This document shows positions 47,884 through 63,708 of a stretch of 64,000 nucleotides of DNA, one piece after another. Both the position numbers and the translations under genes were made by a program. Below the pieces are notes generated by a model. It was not told where the DNA came from. It did no database searches and was given only the letters and a program-made list of their open reading frames with translations. Source of the DNA: Eledone cirrhosa (taxonomy: Eukaryota). The stretch is taken from assembly GCA_964016885.1 (NCBI GenBank), contig OZ024746.1, forward strand, positions 70,742,001 to 70,806,000, in the 5' to 3' direction. Positions within the stretch are counted from its first letter, which is position 1. Every line of letters starts with the position of its first letter.

Positions 47884-49119
47884 AAAAAAAAAACAAAACA
47901 AAAAAAAACTCACTTATTGACACTTATACGTACGACATACACACGCGCGCACACACACACATACATACTCGCGCACACAGCAACACTCATACATACAAAC
48001 AAACACACACACGCTACTCACTTACGCACACACATATACATACATACATACATACATACATACATACATACATACATACATACATACATACATACATACA
48101 TACATGGTGGCTGCCAACTCGTTTTCGAGTACGGCCATTACTTTATATCCATGTAGGAGAACCCTTACCGATGCGGTGAACGAGTGTGACTTTTTAGTCC
48201 AGCCAGCGACTTGAAAACTCTGGTACAAACACTACACCTGTGACAATTATTGACACATAGTGCTGGGTCCATGGTACCATGTGACGACAAGTGCAGAGAG
48301 ATCTCCAGATATAAAGCAATGCCTGTGCCGTGAAGCTTTTATAGTGATCAAAGGCACTGCACAAAGCCAGTCCCACTCTCTTAACCAAGATGATATTTAC
48401 ATACATACATACATACATACATAAATACATATTGCAAGAGACGATGTGGGAAGAGAGTCGAAGTTATGTTGTTTTTTCGTTTGTTTGTTATTTTTGCAAT
48501 ATACTTATGTGGATGTATGAGTGTATGCATGTGTGCACACGTGTAAAAATAGTCGCGTGATTAGTGAATGACTAAAGCAAGGGAGACAACTTAATGACAC
48601 AGGAATGAGTCAGTCAGCAATGAGATATCTGTGATATCAGCTTTGACACAGCAAGTGATAAAACAGATAAAACAAATTAGTAAGACATGACAAGATATTA
48701 CATCAGGTCACTCTAATATATAAGGGGTTTCTGGTTGTCAAGGCAGTGTCATCTTGGTAACTAACGATCAGGTCAACTTATTAAAATAGTCAGCTTAATC
48801 TATGTGTAATAGTGTGACTGTGTGTATATATGTATATATGTATGTGTGTGTGTGTATAGATATATATATATATATACACACACACACATATATATTTATG
48901 CATATACATACACTAACCCATACAAGCATTGAAAATAGAGTTAAAAGGTGATGATGATGATGATATGTATGTATGCATGCATGCATGTATGTATATCTGT
49001 ATGTGGTTGACGGCTGAGAGAAAAGAGTACTCAATACCGAAGTAGATTTCTAATATTCATTTATTAAGGTTAAATAGTGAGCCTTGTTACTAAATATATA
49101 TATATATTAATCATCGGCC

Positions 49120-49660
49120 CCACCCGCACCTCGTGTACATCAAAAGATGCTGATGTGATCGGGTTTAGAGATCAGCAAAGTATTTTCTTTCCCTAGCAAG
49201 GAAGCACCAGTCTGAAGAGAGAAGAATCCCAGACGCATTCTTGATAGCAGGTGTGGAGGAGGACTTTTTATTACGAAGTCGGCGGAAGGTTTTCCAGAAC
49301 ACTTTATTTTCTGATTTGAAGTCAGATTCCAGCTTAACCCCCCCAAAGTCCCCCCATATCTTAACTTTGGACGCTTTTAATGATTCTGATGCGATTCTTC
49401 GTGCCTGCTTGTACCAAAAATGCATGAAGGAAGGCTTATTTCCAAGCTTTGCAGGCCTCCTTCTTTGCGCGGATGTTATCTTTGACCTCTTGATTGAACC
49501 AAGGGGCCCTACTCCATCTAGAGCCACATCAAGCTTCTTTCACCTGCAACATTTAACAGCTGAATCTCCACTCCATTTCAACGCCCTCAGTTTGCTCGCG
49601 TTCTCTGAATTTACAAAACACTGAAATAAAGAACAGAAGAGTTGCCTCCCTTAAAATGAC
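49120..49660 (-). mobile_element. RTE (Expander-like) LINE internal fragment
   Basis: YKQARRIA..KVKIWGDFG..LESDFKSENKVFWKTFRRLR..NASGILL..RERKYFADL. Confidence 0.75.
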
Positions 49661-49731
49661 ATGCATGTTCTTCCTGACCATACTTTATGAAGAGTCCGAT
49701 ATACTGATTCACTCTTCCCGCTCTCTCCCTC

Positions 49732-51380
<1,649 letters not shown>

Positions 51381-51506
51381 GGTTTAAGAGGAAGAAGAAA
51401 TGATGGAAGGGAAATAACTCTTGTGTGCTTATTATTGATTTTATTGATTTTCTTTTTAACTATTGCGGATTTGTTGAGACGTACTGCAACACAGCCTGCT
51501 TCTTAT

Positions 51507-51547
<41 letters not shown>

Positions 51548-52209
51548 ATGGTGGTGGTAGTAGTAGTATCATCATCATCGACAACAATTTTTATATTATT
51601 TTAATAATTTGTCATTAGATCGCAGCTAGGCGGGGGCATCACCTTCAAGGGATTTAGTTCACCCTATATAAACCAGTACTTATTTTATCGATCGCTTTTT
51701 GTCGAACTGCCAAGCTACAGACCATCAAGACAGACACAGACACATCCCTTCTCTCTCTCACCCTCGCTTGTTCTTCGTCTGTCTCTCTCTCTCTATATAT
51801 ATAAATGAGAGGTATAGAGATTGTTTTAGCGAGAAGCTAATAGTATTCTATAACATATATGCGACTATAACGTCAAGATGGGAAAAGTAGTTAACGTAAG
51901 ATTTAGGAAATATATATATGTGTGTATGTGTGTGTGTGTGTGTATACAACACTTACCCAAAGCACCACGCAATAAGATTGTACCTTGAAGCACGTGGTCA
52001 TAAAGCGAACTCCTTAACCACACACCCATGCGTCTACGTCTAGTAGTAGTAGTAGTAGTTGTTGTAGTGGGGTGGTGGTGGTAGTAGTAGTAGTAGTGGT
52101 GGTGGTGATGGTAATGCCGTTATATCAGAGATTGTAAAGGTAAATGGACCTCAGTCGGTTTTGATGATAAGTATCTCAATTGTTTGATGAACAGAACGTC
52201 CAGCTGAAA

Positions 52210-52520
52210 TTAACGTGGCTGAATATTGTACAGATACGTGTACCTTTAACTTAATTCTTGGGGAGATTTAACATTATGAGCCTGGACCTCTATATTACTA
52301 AGTATTCTAGACGTATGTCACCTCAACGTACTTCTCAGGGAGATTCAGCATAACAATTTATGTGACAGACTGGACTTTTAAATTAAAAGCACATCCTATG
52401 GTGTTTTATAGTGTAAGTGGCTGGATAGTCTGTAGATGTGTATAGCCTTAAAGTACTTCCCAGGTAGATTCAGCATAACACAGTATGTGACAAGGATGGG
52501 CTTTTGAAAAAGAGGTACAG
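52210..52520 (+). repeat. About three tandem diverged copies of a SINE body module
   Basis: gtggctg...cagatacgtgtacctttaac...gggagattcagcataacaca..gtgacaag repeated. Confidence 0.55.
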
Positions 52521-52804
52521 TCTAGCTTATATTGAAACCTAAAACTCAATTTTTTAGTGTTTAGATAATGAGAAGCAAGCAAAGGAGTCTCTATGGTCTG
52601 AATGGGCCCAAATTTCGGGGAGACAATTTAGTAGGAGTAGCCTTTATATTCAAACCTATTTTAATATCATTAGATCTCAGCAGAGTATATTCACTCAGCA
52701 TGTTGGTTAGTCTAAAATTGTCAGATGATGATGATGATAAATATATATATATATTATAAGGAATGTATGTATGTATGTATGTATGTATGTACATATATAT
52801 ATAT

Positions 52805-53000
52805 TTTCCCGTCCTTTCATGTTTTTCCCGCTAACTCCCCCCTCACTCCTTCTCGGAGTTCCTCCCTCCCACTCTTCTGATGAAGGGCTTATGTCCAAAA
52901 CGTCGTAACGTAACCACACCCCCACCTGGCTCTCACCAAGCGTGAAGTTAATAACACCATGTAACATTTATTCCTGCATTTGTTTATTGTTATTTCGAAC
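52805..53000 (+). mobile_element. Penelope-like element pseudo-LTR remnant with degenerate hammerhead core
   Basis: CTGATGA-a-gggc-ttat-gtcc-AAAAC-GTC at 52877-52904 in a pyrimidine-rich context. Confidence 0.6.
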
Positions 53001-53163
53001 TATCATCATCATACACACATACGTACATATATATATACACATACATATACACATACACACACACATGTATATATATATATGTATGTGAAAAGTCAAACAA
53101 AATCTTGCTTCATCTTGATCAGAGATAACAATGTTTTTCATGTAAAGAAATGTGTATATATAT

Positions 53164-53975
53164 ATTTTCCAGTGACCGACTGATCAATGCGATGTCGTCA
53201 GCAAAGTCGGTGTCGGTCAAGTACCGACTTTGCTGACGACATCGCATTGATCAGTCGGTCACTGGAAAATGCTGAGAGTCTTTTGAAGTCATTAGAGCAA
53301 GCGTCCAACTGTGTTGGACTGTACCTCAACGAATCCAAGACTGACTATGTGAACAGATGCGCAAACAGCCCAAACTACCCCATCAGAACCCTTAATGGTA
53401 CCACCCTTAAGCAGGTGGAAGATTACAAGTATCTTGGCTCATATATCTCCTCCTCCAAAAAAGATTTTCTAACCAGGAAGGGTATGGCATGGTCAGCGTG
53501 CAATGACATGCACGCCATATGGACATCTCAACTTACCAACAAGCTAAAACTGGAAATATTCCAAGCAACCATTAAGCCCATATTACTTTATGGATCCGAA
53601 ACTTGGACACTAACATCACAACTTGAGAGGAGATTGGATGGCACATATACCCGCCTCTTAATGAGAGTGCAAAACCTATCCTGGAAACGACATCCCACCT
53701 TGTCTAAAATCTATGGCAAACTCCCTCGAGCCTCTGCCCTTCTAAAATTCTGGAGAGCTCAATTTGCTGGCCACTGTCACCGTGCCAGCAATGAAATCAT
53801 ATCCGCTCTCTTGCTCTGACTAGGAATAGGAAGCTGTCATTCCCTGACGTTATCTCTAGGGATACAGGAATCAGTAGACAGGACCTGGGGGAAGCGATGG
53901 GGGACAGGGAATTCTGGGGCATGAGAGTGAGATCCATCATCTCGACAGTAGTCGATGAATGATGATGATGATGAT
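53164..53975 (+). mobile_element. 5'-truncated RTE/RTEX-like LINE with 5' fold-back inversion, (TGA)n tail
   Basis: DFADDIAL, YKYLGS, LLYGSETW, FAGHC in ORF 53187..53819; inserted into (TA)n. Confidence 0.88.
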
Positions 53976-54061
53976 ATATATATATTATTTCAAGCGTTAA
54001 ACTAATAAATTCCTTTCATGTACTGTGCCGCTTGTTTTGTTATTTCTGTTTACCTTTTACT

Positions 54062-54098
<37 letters not shown>

Positions 54099-56519
54099 CA
54101 TATACATGTATGTATGTTTGTTTGTTCGTTTGTTTGTTTGTAAACTTTATTTCCCTCATATATATAAATGTCCTTTGACTGACTAAACACACTGAAGCTT
54201 AATCACCAGTGGTTCTAAAATAATGAGAAATCAAAATTGCTAGGATATTTCAATATGTTGGATTGGACAGCTTTGATCGGTCATGTGGCCTATGATGTAA
54301 TGTCCTTTGTCATCAAGCTTCAACAGGTGAGCCTGCTTTGAAGTAAATCATTTCTAATATTTGTGCAAGATAACAAATGAAAATCCAATGATAGATACAC
54401 TCACATACATATGTATGTGTATGTATATATATGTTTGTAAGTATATATATAAGAGATATTCACACACACAGAGAAGCATACACATACACTCACATGTATA
54501 TCATCATCATCATCATAATTTAGCATCCGTTTTCTATGGCCGGATGCTGCTCCTAACATCAATCACTATACAGCATGCTCCAGGTGCTTTTATTGTATCA
54601 CATCCTTGATATAACTGAAGGGTCCTCCCAACCCTTTGTTTGGCAAGCTTTCTACAGCTGGATGCCCTTTTCATCACCAATCATATTTATACATTCATGG
54701 TCCCATAACTCCCGAGGGAGTCATAAAGTGCCATAGTGACATACAGCACTTCTACAGCATATTAAAACCTGGTGGAGCCCAATCCTCTCCAGATCTGAAT
54801 ACAGCAGATTTCTTCCAGAGACGGATAGACAGTGAGGGAATGGAAGTGAGAAAGAGATAAAGAGGAAGAATTGACTCCAGTATGAGACTGGTACTTTTTT
54901 TTAAAGGACCTCAAATGAATGAAAGGTAAAGTTGACCATGGCAGGATTTGAGCTCAGAGAGCAAAGAGTTGATATGAAGACTGCCAAGCTTTCTACCTGA
55001 TGTTCTAATGGCTCTGCCAATTTGCCACCTAGACATACACATATATATACAACAACAGGCACAGATAAACATATATGGGTATGTAGGCAAAACAACAACA
55101 CTTGTTGATGGTCTGATTAACTAAGAGTCACTTGAATATTAGCAAAAAACATGTTTGTCTATAACTGAGGAAATTTTTTCAGAGTAACAATTTCTATGTC
55201 CAGATCTTTAACTGGTCCTATACACAAGTTATTTCTCACTCTATCACGGGGTTGTCTTCAGTCAATTAGTGAGCCTCTTATCATGATTTCAATAATTACA
55301 ATGAAGTTTTTGCTTCACTGAAGAGATCACAATGAGGCTGAAACATGTCTAGAGTTATTTCCATTACTAGGCTGAAATAATTGAAGTAATATTAGTTATA
55401 GTTGTTTGCTCTTTGCATGATTATTTCTACTTGTTTTATTTTTAAAAATTTTAATAATGTTCCTTGCATTAAATATATAACTTAACTATCCCCCCCCCCC
55501 CCCCCCCCCCCATATATATGCTGTCTCTAGCTTAGATATTCTGTAAACAATTCTATTCTGGTAAAAAAATTATTAAAATAATTTGAAACATTCATGTGGG
55601 TTGGGCTGCTGACAATAACATTTTTGTCACTGTTGGTGACTTATCTTACAGAAGTATCACGTGATGCTTATGAGGGTGCTTGACTATTCCAATACTTCAG
55701 TCTCAACAAGTTTTAGAAGACAATACTAACATTCCTTGTTGTGGTGTGTAATTGAGTGTGCAAGTCTTCTCTCCTTTTTTTTTCTTTCTGGTTCACTCTT
55801 TTATTGATTTGTTTCTTTTGTAAATCATAAACATGATATAAATTATATGTGATCTAAATATTCCTGTAATCCACCCATCCTTCCAGCCATGAGTTTTGGA
55901 GTCTTGATAGAGTCAAATGGGCATTGTCTTAGGCATTTAGACCTGATAGAGCCCATCCTTCTCCAGGTCTGAACACAACTGATTTTCTCCTTTTTCTTCA
56001 GAGAGAGAGATAGATAGTACTGGACAGGTACTTAATCAATCCCCAAATGATGAATGCAAGATTTTAACTGCAAAGAGCCAGAATATATATTGAGAGATTT
56101 AATCCAACGCTCTAATTCAATGCCTATATCAAAAGTTTGTGTCAAAATGGTTAAAAAATTGTCAGGGGTAAGTCAGACCACCTATAGATAAAATAAAATA
56201 AAATAAAATAAAGACAGATGTTTATTTAGGAGTGTTATAGGTGGAAGGGGTTGGAGTGCTTTGGATAATCAATAGCTCAGGTGACCAAATAGTGAATCTA
56301 GGATACATTGAAACTTGCATCTGTGAAAAGACATACTAATACCTGTTGTTGTAGTTGTTGTCATTGGTTACTTTTTTAATGCTTAGTTAGGACAGAAATG
56401 GCAATGCCCTTGATCCTTTGCAGGGCCTTTGAGACAGGTAGAAACATTCTTACAACTGAGTGAACTTCACTAAAGATACCCAAGCACCAGGAAGTTGTGT
56501 TAAACTAGACAGCAGATTA

Positions 56520-58212
56520 AATCTACCACCAGCTGAAAGCAAAAATTTTGCCAACATTCTGTGATGTGGAGATCAGATGCATGAGCTGTTCCATATTGCA
56601 AAGCAGAGTGTTAGTGTGAATCAGAATATTGTTGGGGGAAAGTGTTTTTGAAATGATATTGGTGCAACTAGCTTCACTATTGTTCAGAAGAAAGAGACTT
56701 GCAAATGTTATTATGACAGATTGATGAATGTGGAGAATGAGTGGAAGGATGAGTAACTACCCCCAGTATAGTCAACAGAAGATGACAGTTACAGGATCAA
56801 AGAAACAAAGAAAGAGATAAAAAAAAATGACCTAGCTGCTGGGACTGTCAGAGACAGTCCTGAAGATATTGAAATCATCTGATGAAGTAGGAGTTGAGCT
56901 AGTCACTCATATATTCAATCAGGTTATACATGATGCTAATTTACCTGATGACTGGCATATCAGTATAATCGTTAATTGATACAAGGCAATGGGTGATGTT
57001 CCAGAGAGCAGTAACTAAAGGCATAAAACTGCTGGATCAAGTTATGAAATTGACAGAAAGACTTTTAGCATTAAGTGGGGAAAGTCAAATTAGATGAGAT
57101 GCAGTTTAGTATTTTGCCAGGAAGCAGCATCGCAGGTGCCTTCTTTTTAGTAAGACAACTACAAGAGATGTTCCTAGTTAAGTATTAGCTGCTATATCTA
57201 GCTTTTGTTTATTTGTGGACACAGTGCCAAAAATCTTCAGCCCACTTCTGTTTATTATAGTCATCCGGGCTATAAAAGAAAAGTTTAAGCTTGGCTGTCC
57301 ATGGGAACTTCTGTGTACTGACAACCTGATTCTTATAGCTCAATCAGTGGAAGAGCTAGAGAAGAAAATTCTATCTTGTAAACTTATGAATGAAAGAAGC
57401 CAAGACTCTGGTTGCATTGGAGAAGTGGTTGTCCTCGTTATATAAAGATGAAATAGGTAGGAACTCTATATGATGTACACAAGAGGTATAGTGAGTTTGT
57501 AGGCAGACTAACAGAAAATATAGACTTTGTATATGAAAGATGCACAGATGTAGTTAGTAGTAAGAGCCTCAGTTAAATAAACTTTTTCCAATTGTGAGAA
57601 GGCACCATAGAAGTGATTAATAGCTCCTGCTACCTAGGTGACCTAATTAATAATAGGGGCGGTTGCTCCGAAAGCATAGTAGCTAGAATAAAAACAAGAT
57701 GGAAAACATTTAGGAAGTTACTACTTCTTTTAACAATAAAAGGTTTCGCTTTACAAACGAAAGGCTGGCTGAATGATGTCTGCGTGAAAAGGGCAATGTT
57801 ACATGGAAGTGAAACATGGGTAGTAAATGCAGAGAATACACGAATGGTGGAGTAAAATGAAGCGAGCATGCTTCGATGGATGTATGATGTTAGTATGCAT
57901 GAACGGATGAGGTGAAAGAGAAAGTGAGTATAAGAAGAATAAAGTGTAGTTTGTAAGAGAGAAGATTGCGCTGGTGTGGCCATGTGATGCGTATAAATGA
58001 TGATCGTTGTGTAAAGTGCCAAGAATTCTCAGGGTAAGGAAGCTTCAGTAGAAAAAGTCCAATGAAAAAAACTGGGCAGAAATGAGAGCTGATCTTAACA
58101 CACTGAACCTCACAAAAGAGATGACAAAGGAAAGCAACGCAATAAGGACTGTGCTCGAAAAGGCCCGTCCAACCCATGCAAGCAAGGAGAAACGGACGTA
58201 AAAAGATGATGA
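56520..58212 (+). mobile_element. Old, heavily decayed copy of the PHD-type RTE family
   Basis: Remnants LMNVENEW, DEMQF, CPWELL, YLGDLI..GGCSES, MLHGSETW; 3' end aacccatgcaagcaaggagaaacggacgtaaaagatgatg. Confidence 0.85.
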
Positions 58213-58259
58213 CGCTGAATTATATAACATAAATTATAAAATATTTATATAATATATAA

Positions 58260-58770
58260 ATACTTTTTTATATTATATATAAATCCACAACGGTGCTATA
58301 TACCCGAATACATAACTTTCAGTTTTATCACTTTAATCACACGATGTATCGCGGGGAAACACTTCACTTACGATCACCAGAAACAGAACTTTACTAACTA
58401 CACGACACGGACTACAAAACTTACTAACTACACGGCACAGGCAACTAAACCTACTAACTACACGGCGCCAACTTAAATTAACGCAAAGAAAAACTAAACA
58501 CTAAACGCTATACGCACGGCAGTAATGCTATTATTATCCAGCCTCGTTTTCAACTATACAGCAGCAGTTCAGTGTGTGCATGTGCGCGTAGTACTATGTG
58601 TGTATCTATATATATGTGTGTATGTGTGTATATATAGAGGTGTATCTGTAGTTGTGTGTATTTACATATATCTATATATGTGTGTGTATGTATGTATGTG
58701 TGTGGTTTTTTTTCCTCAATGTTTCTGGCTTCTGCAATGGCGACGTCAGTTGACGTTGCAGTATGAAAGG
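58260..58770 (+). promoter_or_regulatory. CpG-retaining putative promoter/5'UTR with three 30-bp repeats
   Basis: High CpG density, three TACTAACTACACG units (58391-58468), CRE-like gacgtca/tgacgt at 58742-58756. Confidence 0.4.
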
Positions 58771-58874
58771 ATGTGGAGTGAAGAAGAAGTGTGCAGGACC
58801 GCAGGATCGTCCATCTGTGTTATTTACCACTGGATTCTTGTACTGGGAGCTGTAGCGCTCTATAGCAGTCTCAG
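58771..58874 (+). CDS. Putative first coding exon of an unidentified secreted or membrane protein gene
   Basis: Non-repetitive, CpG-rich island inside microsatellite DNA; MWSEEEVCRTAGSSICVIYHWILVLGAVALYSSL has a hydrophobic signal-like core and ends at a strong donor CAG|GTAAGA; no downstream exon identified. Confidence 0.5.
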
Positions 58875-59054
58875 GTAAGATGGACATGACATCTAGCATG
58901 CCGGTTGACAAACATACCTGCCTCTTGCCGCAGTTTTTCTCTGTACAAACATTATACATAGATCAGACGGACGTTGATATAGAGATATATCTATGTATAT
59001 GAGTATATATATACATAAACGTCTGTCTATGTATATATGTGTCATAAATGTATG

Positions 59055-59086
<32 letters not shown>

Positions 59087-59276
59087 CACATACACACACA
59101 TCTATCTTTGCTGTTATCTTGTTTTATGTTTAATTAGAGATAATAAAAAAAATGAAAGAGATTGTATATATATCTATCTGTGGTGTGTAGACGTTGATAT
59201 ATGTTTACAGGCATACATATGTGTATGTATGTATGTACACACACACACACATTATATATATATATGTATATATATG

Positions 59277-59337
<61 letters not shown>

Positions 59338-60157
59338 TGTGTGTGTACATATATGTTTATATTTGTTCATCCACACGTACACATCGATGGATGAGTGTGT
59401 TTATAGCTGTCCCTCTATAAGAACGTATGTGTATATATATTTAGATGTCTGTATATATATATCTATCTATCTACATGTATGTGTTCCTATGTATATATGT
59501 ATGTTGATATTTGTACATCTATACGTTTACAAACATGTATAACATATTAAATGCGGATGTATGACAGTGTATGTGTGTATATATATAACAATATATGTTT
59601 CTGTTCACTATGATGTATATATAGGGTTATATATGCGTGTATGTATGTTTTGTATAACCCGTTATAACCTAATCTTATAGTTATAAGAGTGTGTACACAT
59701 ACTCAGATGTGTATACATTCACTAGTAATGTATATATACATACTTCGGCATGTGTGTATATGCATACATATATTTAAACGCGTGTATATATATATATATA
59801 TATATATAATGTATGTAAATGTATGATTCTCTCTCTCTTCTCGATAACACTATACATTCTCATTCTGCTTATACGAATATTCGCATTGTGTATGTATAAA
59901 TCAATTAGTACACACATATGATTATAACTATGTATGTGCTTGTACATGTTTTGCACTATGTTTGAGTCTTTCTACACGAGCTTTGTTGTCTGTGCGTATA
60001 TGTTGTGTGTGTATATGTATATACCCACGTAATGCTTTGCGTGGGCGTATAGTTTTTAGGGTGATATCTACAGGTGGTCCCTAAATCTTGCTTTCCTTCG
60101 TTCTTTCATCCTTAAAACATCATTGTTTTATTATACACGGGCTTGTCATACACCCTC

Positions 60158-60207
<50 letters not shown>

Positions 60208-60312
60208 TATACACATGCATGCAGACATACACACATATTTCTTGAGTGCTCATTCACTTAATGTTTGATCAATCTATGTACACTCGTGCAATCACTGTGT
60301 ATATATGAGCGC

Positions 60313-60368
<56 letters not shown>

Positions 60369-60905
60369 ACCATTAAAATAATTCAGAATCCCTCCCCTTC
60401 CTACTCATCATCATCATCATCATCAAAGTACGGTGGCGAAAGAGAAAGAAGCAGACTCGCTAGAGCGTCGCACTAAATTGTTGTCTTGCGGGTAAATTTG
60501 TTTAGTTACGTCTTTTAACGTTCTGTATTCGAATACCACCCAAGTTTGTTTTCCATCCTTCTGAGGAGATGGGGTTGCTGGAAGTGGGCATAGATCGATA
60601 ATATAAAGTACCAATCAAATATTAAGGATCTAGTTGTGGTTTTAATCAATCAAACACCTCTACTTCGACAAAATATAATGTTGTACTCTATATAACGATG
60701 GAAACTAGATTCTTTGTAAACCCCTACTGTACTGTTTTTATGATATGTCCTTATAATCTCCTCCTTATCCGATTCCCGTCATTAGTTTCCGTCGCGGCAA
60801 TAATGTTTTCCTCCCTTATGTCGCAATTCGTCTTTGTAATGTCACCGTCGTCCGATGCCCCTGTGGCAAATGAAGGAAATCGTTATCATTATTTCCAATA
60901 TTGAG

Positions 60906-61585
60906 AGGGCGGCGTATTGGCAGTATCGGAATACCGGCCCCTTACGTTCTAAGTTCAAATCCCGCCGAGCCTTTCATCCTTACGAGGTCGATAAAATAAA
61001 GCACCATTAACGCTCTAGGGTTGATTTATTCCACTTCCTCCTTCCCTGCAAATTGCTGGCCTTGTGCCAATCAATCATTATTTCCACTATTAAGGGCGAT
61101 GGATTGGCAATATCGGTAGAGTGTCGGACAAAATGCTTTGCGGTATTAAGTTACTTTCTGAGTTCAAATCCCTTGGGGGCTCTATAAAATAAAATATCAG
61201 TGCAGGGGTCAATATAATCGTCTTTCTCATTCCCCTAAATTGCTGGCCTTGTGTCTATGTTAACAGTCATTTTCACGATTTTATTATGGTCGATAAAATA
61301 AAACCAATCGAGTATTAAGGATCGATTTAATCGAATTTCTCCCACCACACCTTCCCAAAAATTGCTGGCCTTGTATTTGAATTAGAAACCGTTACTTTTA
61401 ATATTGTAATAATAATAATGATGATTATACATAAAACAGATCATTATTATCATCACGTCCCTTTACGACCTGAGTTCAAATCCTGCCGAGGTTAACTTTG
61501 CCTTTCATCCTTACGGGGTCGAAAGTACCAGTAATGTACTGAGTAATTGCTGGCCTTGTGCCAAAAGTAGAAACAATTATTATCA
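60906..61585 (+). mobile_element. Cluster of about four head-to-tail tRNA-SINE copies or fragments
   Basis: Repeated ggcagtatcgg / gagttcaaatcc / gtcgataaaataaa / ttgctggccttgtg modules. Confidence 0.8.
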
Positions 61586-61720
61586 TCGTCATCAGAGCGT
61601 TCAGCAGTGGTGAGTTACTGATAACTGTTTAAAATCGGTTTCCTTTACAGTGTGTTGCAATTTCACTTCACGTCATCAATGCCCTTGAGAAAGGCCTCTT
61701 GGACATTAAATATACCCCCT

Positions 61721-62231
61721 GTATATATATACATATATATACATTATATATATATATATATATATATACACGTATATGTATATATATCTATATCTATATA
61801 AATACGTAATATATATACGTGTATATATATATATGTGTGCATGTATATGTATGTATATATGTGTGTGCGTGTATGTATATGTATGTATATGTGTGTGTGT
61901 ATGTATATATATGTGTATGTATGTATATGTATGTAATATATGTGTGTATGTATATGTAAGTATATGTATGTATGTATGTATATGTATATATGTATGTATG
62001 TATGTATATGTATATATGTATGTATGTATGTATATGTATATATGTATGTATATAATGTACATGTATGTATGTATGTATGTATATGTATGTATGTATATGT
62101 ATGTATGTATATGTATGTATATGTATGTATATATATATGTATATATATATGTATATATATATGTATATATATATGTATATATATATGTATGTATATATAT
62201 ATGTATATATATATGTATGTATATATATATG

Positions 62232-62315
<84 letters not shown>

Positions 62316-63297
62316 TATGTATGTATATATATATGTATGTATATATATATATATGTATGTACATATATATGTATATATATGTATGTATATATATATATGT
62401 ATGTATATATATATATATGTATGTACATATATATGTATATATATATATGTATATATATATATGTATGAATATATATATGTATGAATATATATATGTATGA
62501 ATATATATATGTATGAATATATATATGTATGAATATATATATGTATGAATATATATATGTATGAATATATATATGCATGTATATACATATGTATGTATAT
62601 ATATATGTATGTATATACATATGTATGTATATATATATGTATGTATATACATATGTATGTATATATATATGTATGTATATACATATGTATGTATATATGT
62701 ATGTATATATATATGTATGTATATACATATGTATGTATATTTATGTATGTATATACATATGTATGTATATTTATGTATGTATATATATATGTATGTATAT
62801 ACATATGTATGTATATTTATGTATGTATATACATATGTATGTATATTTATGTATGTATATATATATATATGTATGTATATATATATGTATGTATATATAT
62901 ATGTATGTATATGTGTATGTATATATATGTATGTGTATGTATATATATTTATGTATGTGTATGTATATATATTTATGTATGTGTATGTATATATATTTAT
63001 GTATGTGTATGTATATACATTTATGTATGTATGTGTATGTATATATATTTATGTATGTATGTGTATGTATATATATTTATGTATGTATATATATATATGT
63101 ATTTATGTAAGTATGTATATATATATGTATTTATGTATGTATATATATATATATGTATTTATGTAAGTATGTATATATGTATTTATGTATGTATATATAT
63201 GTATGTATGTATATAGATGTTTGTTTTTATATATATATATATGTATATAAGTATGTATATATGTATATAAGTATGTATATATATATGTATATATGTA

Positions 63298-63330
<33 letters not shown>

Positions 63331-63708
63331 GTAAGTACGTATGTATATATATATATATGTATATATGTGTGTGTGTATATATCTATATATGTATGTATAT
63401 ATATATGTATATATTTGTGTGTGTATATATGTATATATATATGTATATATGTGTGTGTATATATCTATATATGTATGTATATATATATGTATATATTTGT
63501 GTGTGTATATATGTATATATATGTATGTATATATATATATGTATATATGTGTGTGTATATATGTATGTATATATGTGTGTGTAAATATGTATGTATATAT
63601 GTGTGTGTATATATGTATATATATATATATATGTGTGTGTGTATATATGTATGTGTATATATGTGTGTGTATATATATATATATATGTGTGTGTATATAT
63701 ATATGTAT
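61721..63708. repeat. ~2-kb compound (TA)n/(TATG)n/(TG)n microsatellite
   Basis: Directly visible; accounts for all YIYI/MYVC ORFs in this interval. Confidence 0.98.
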
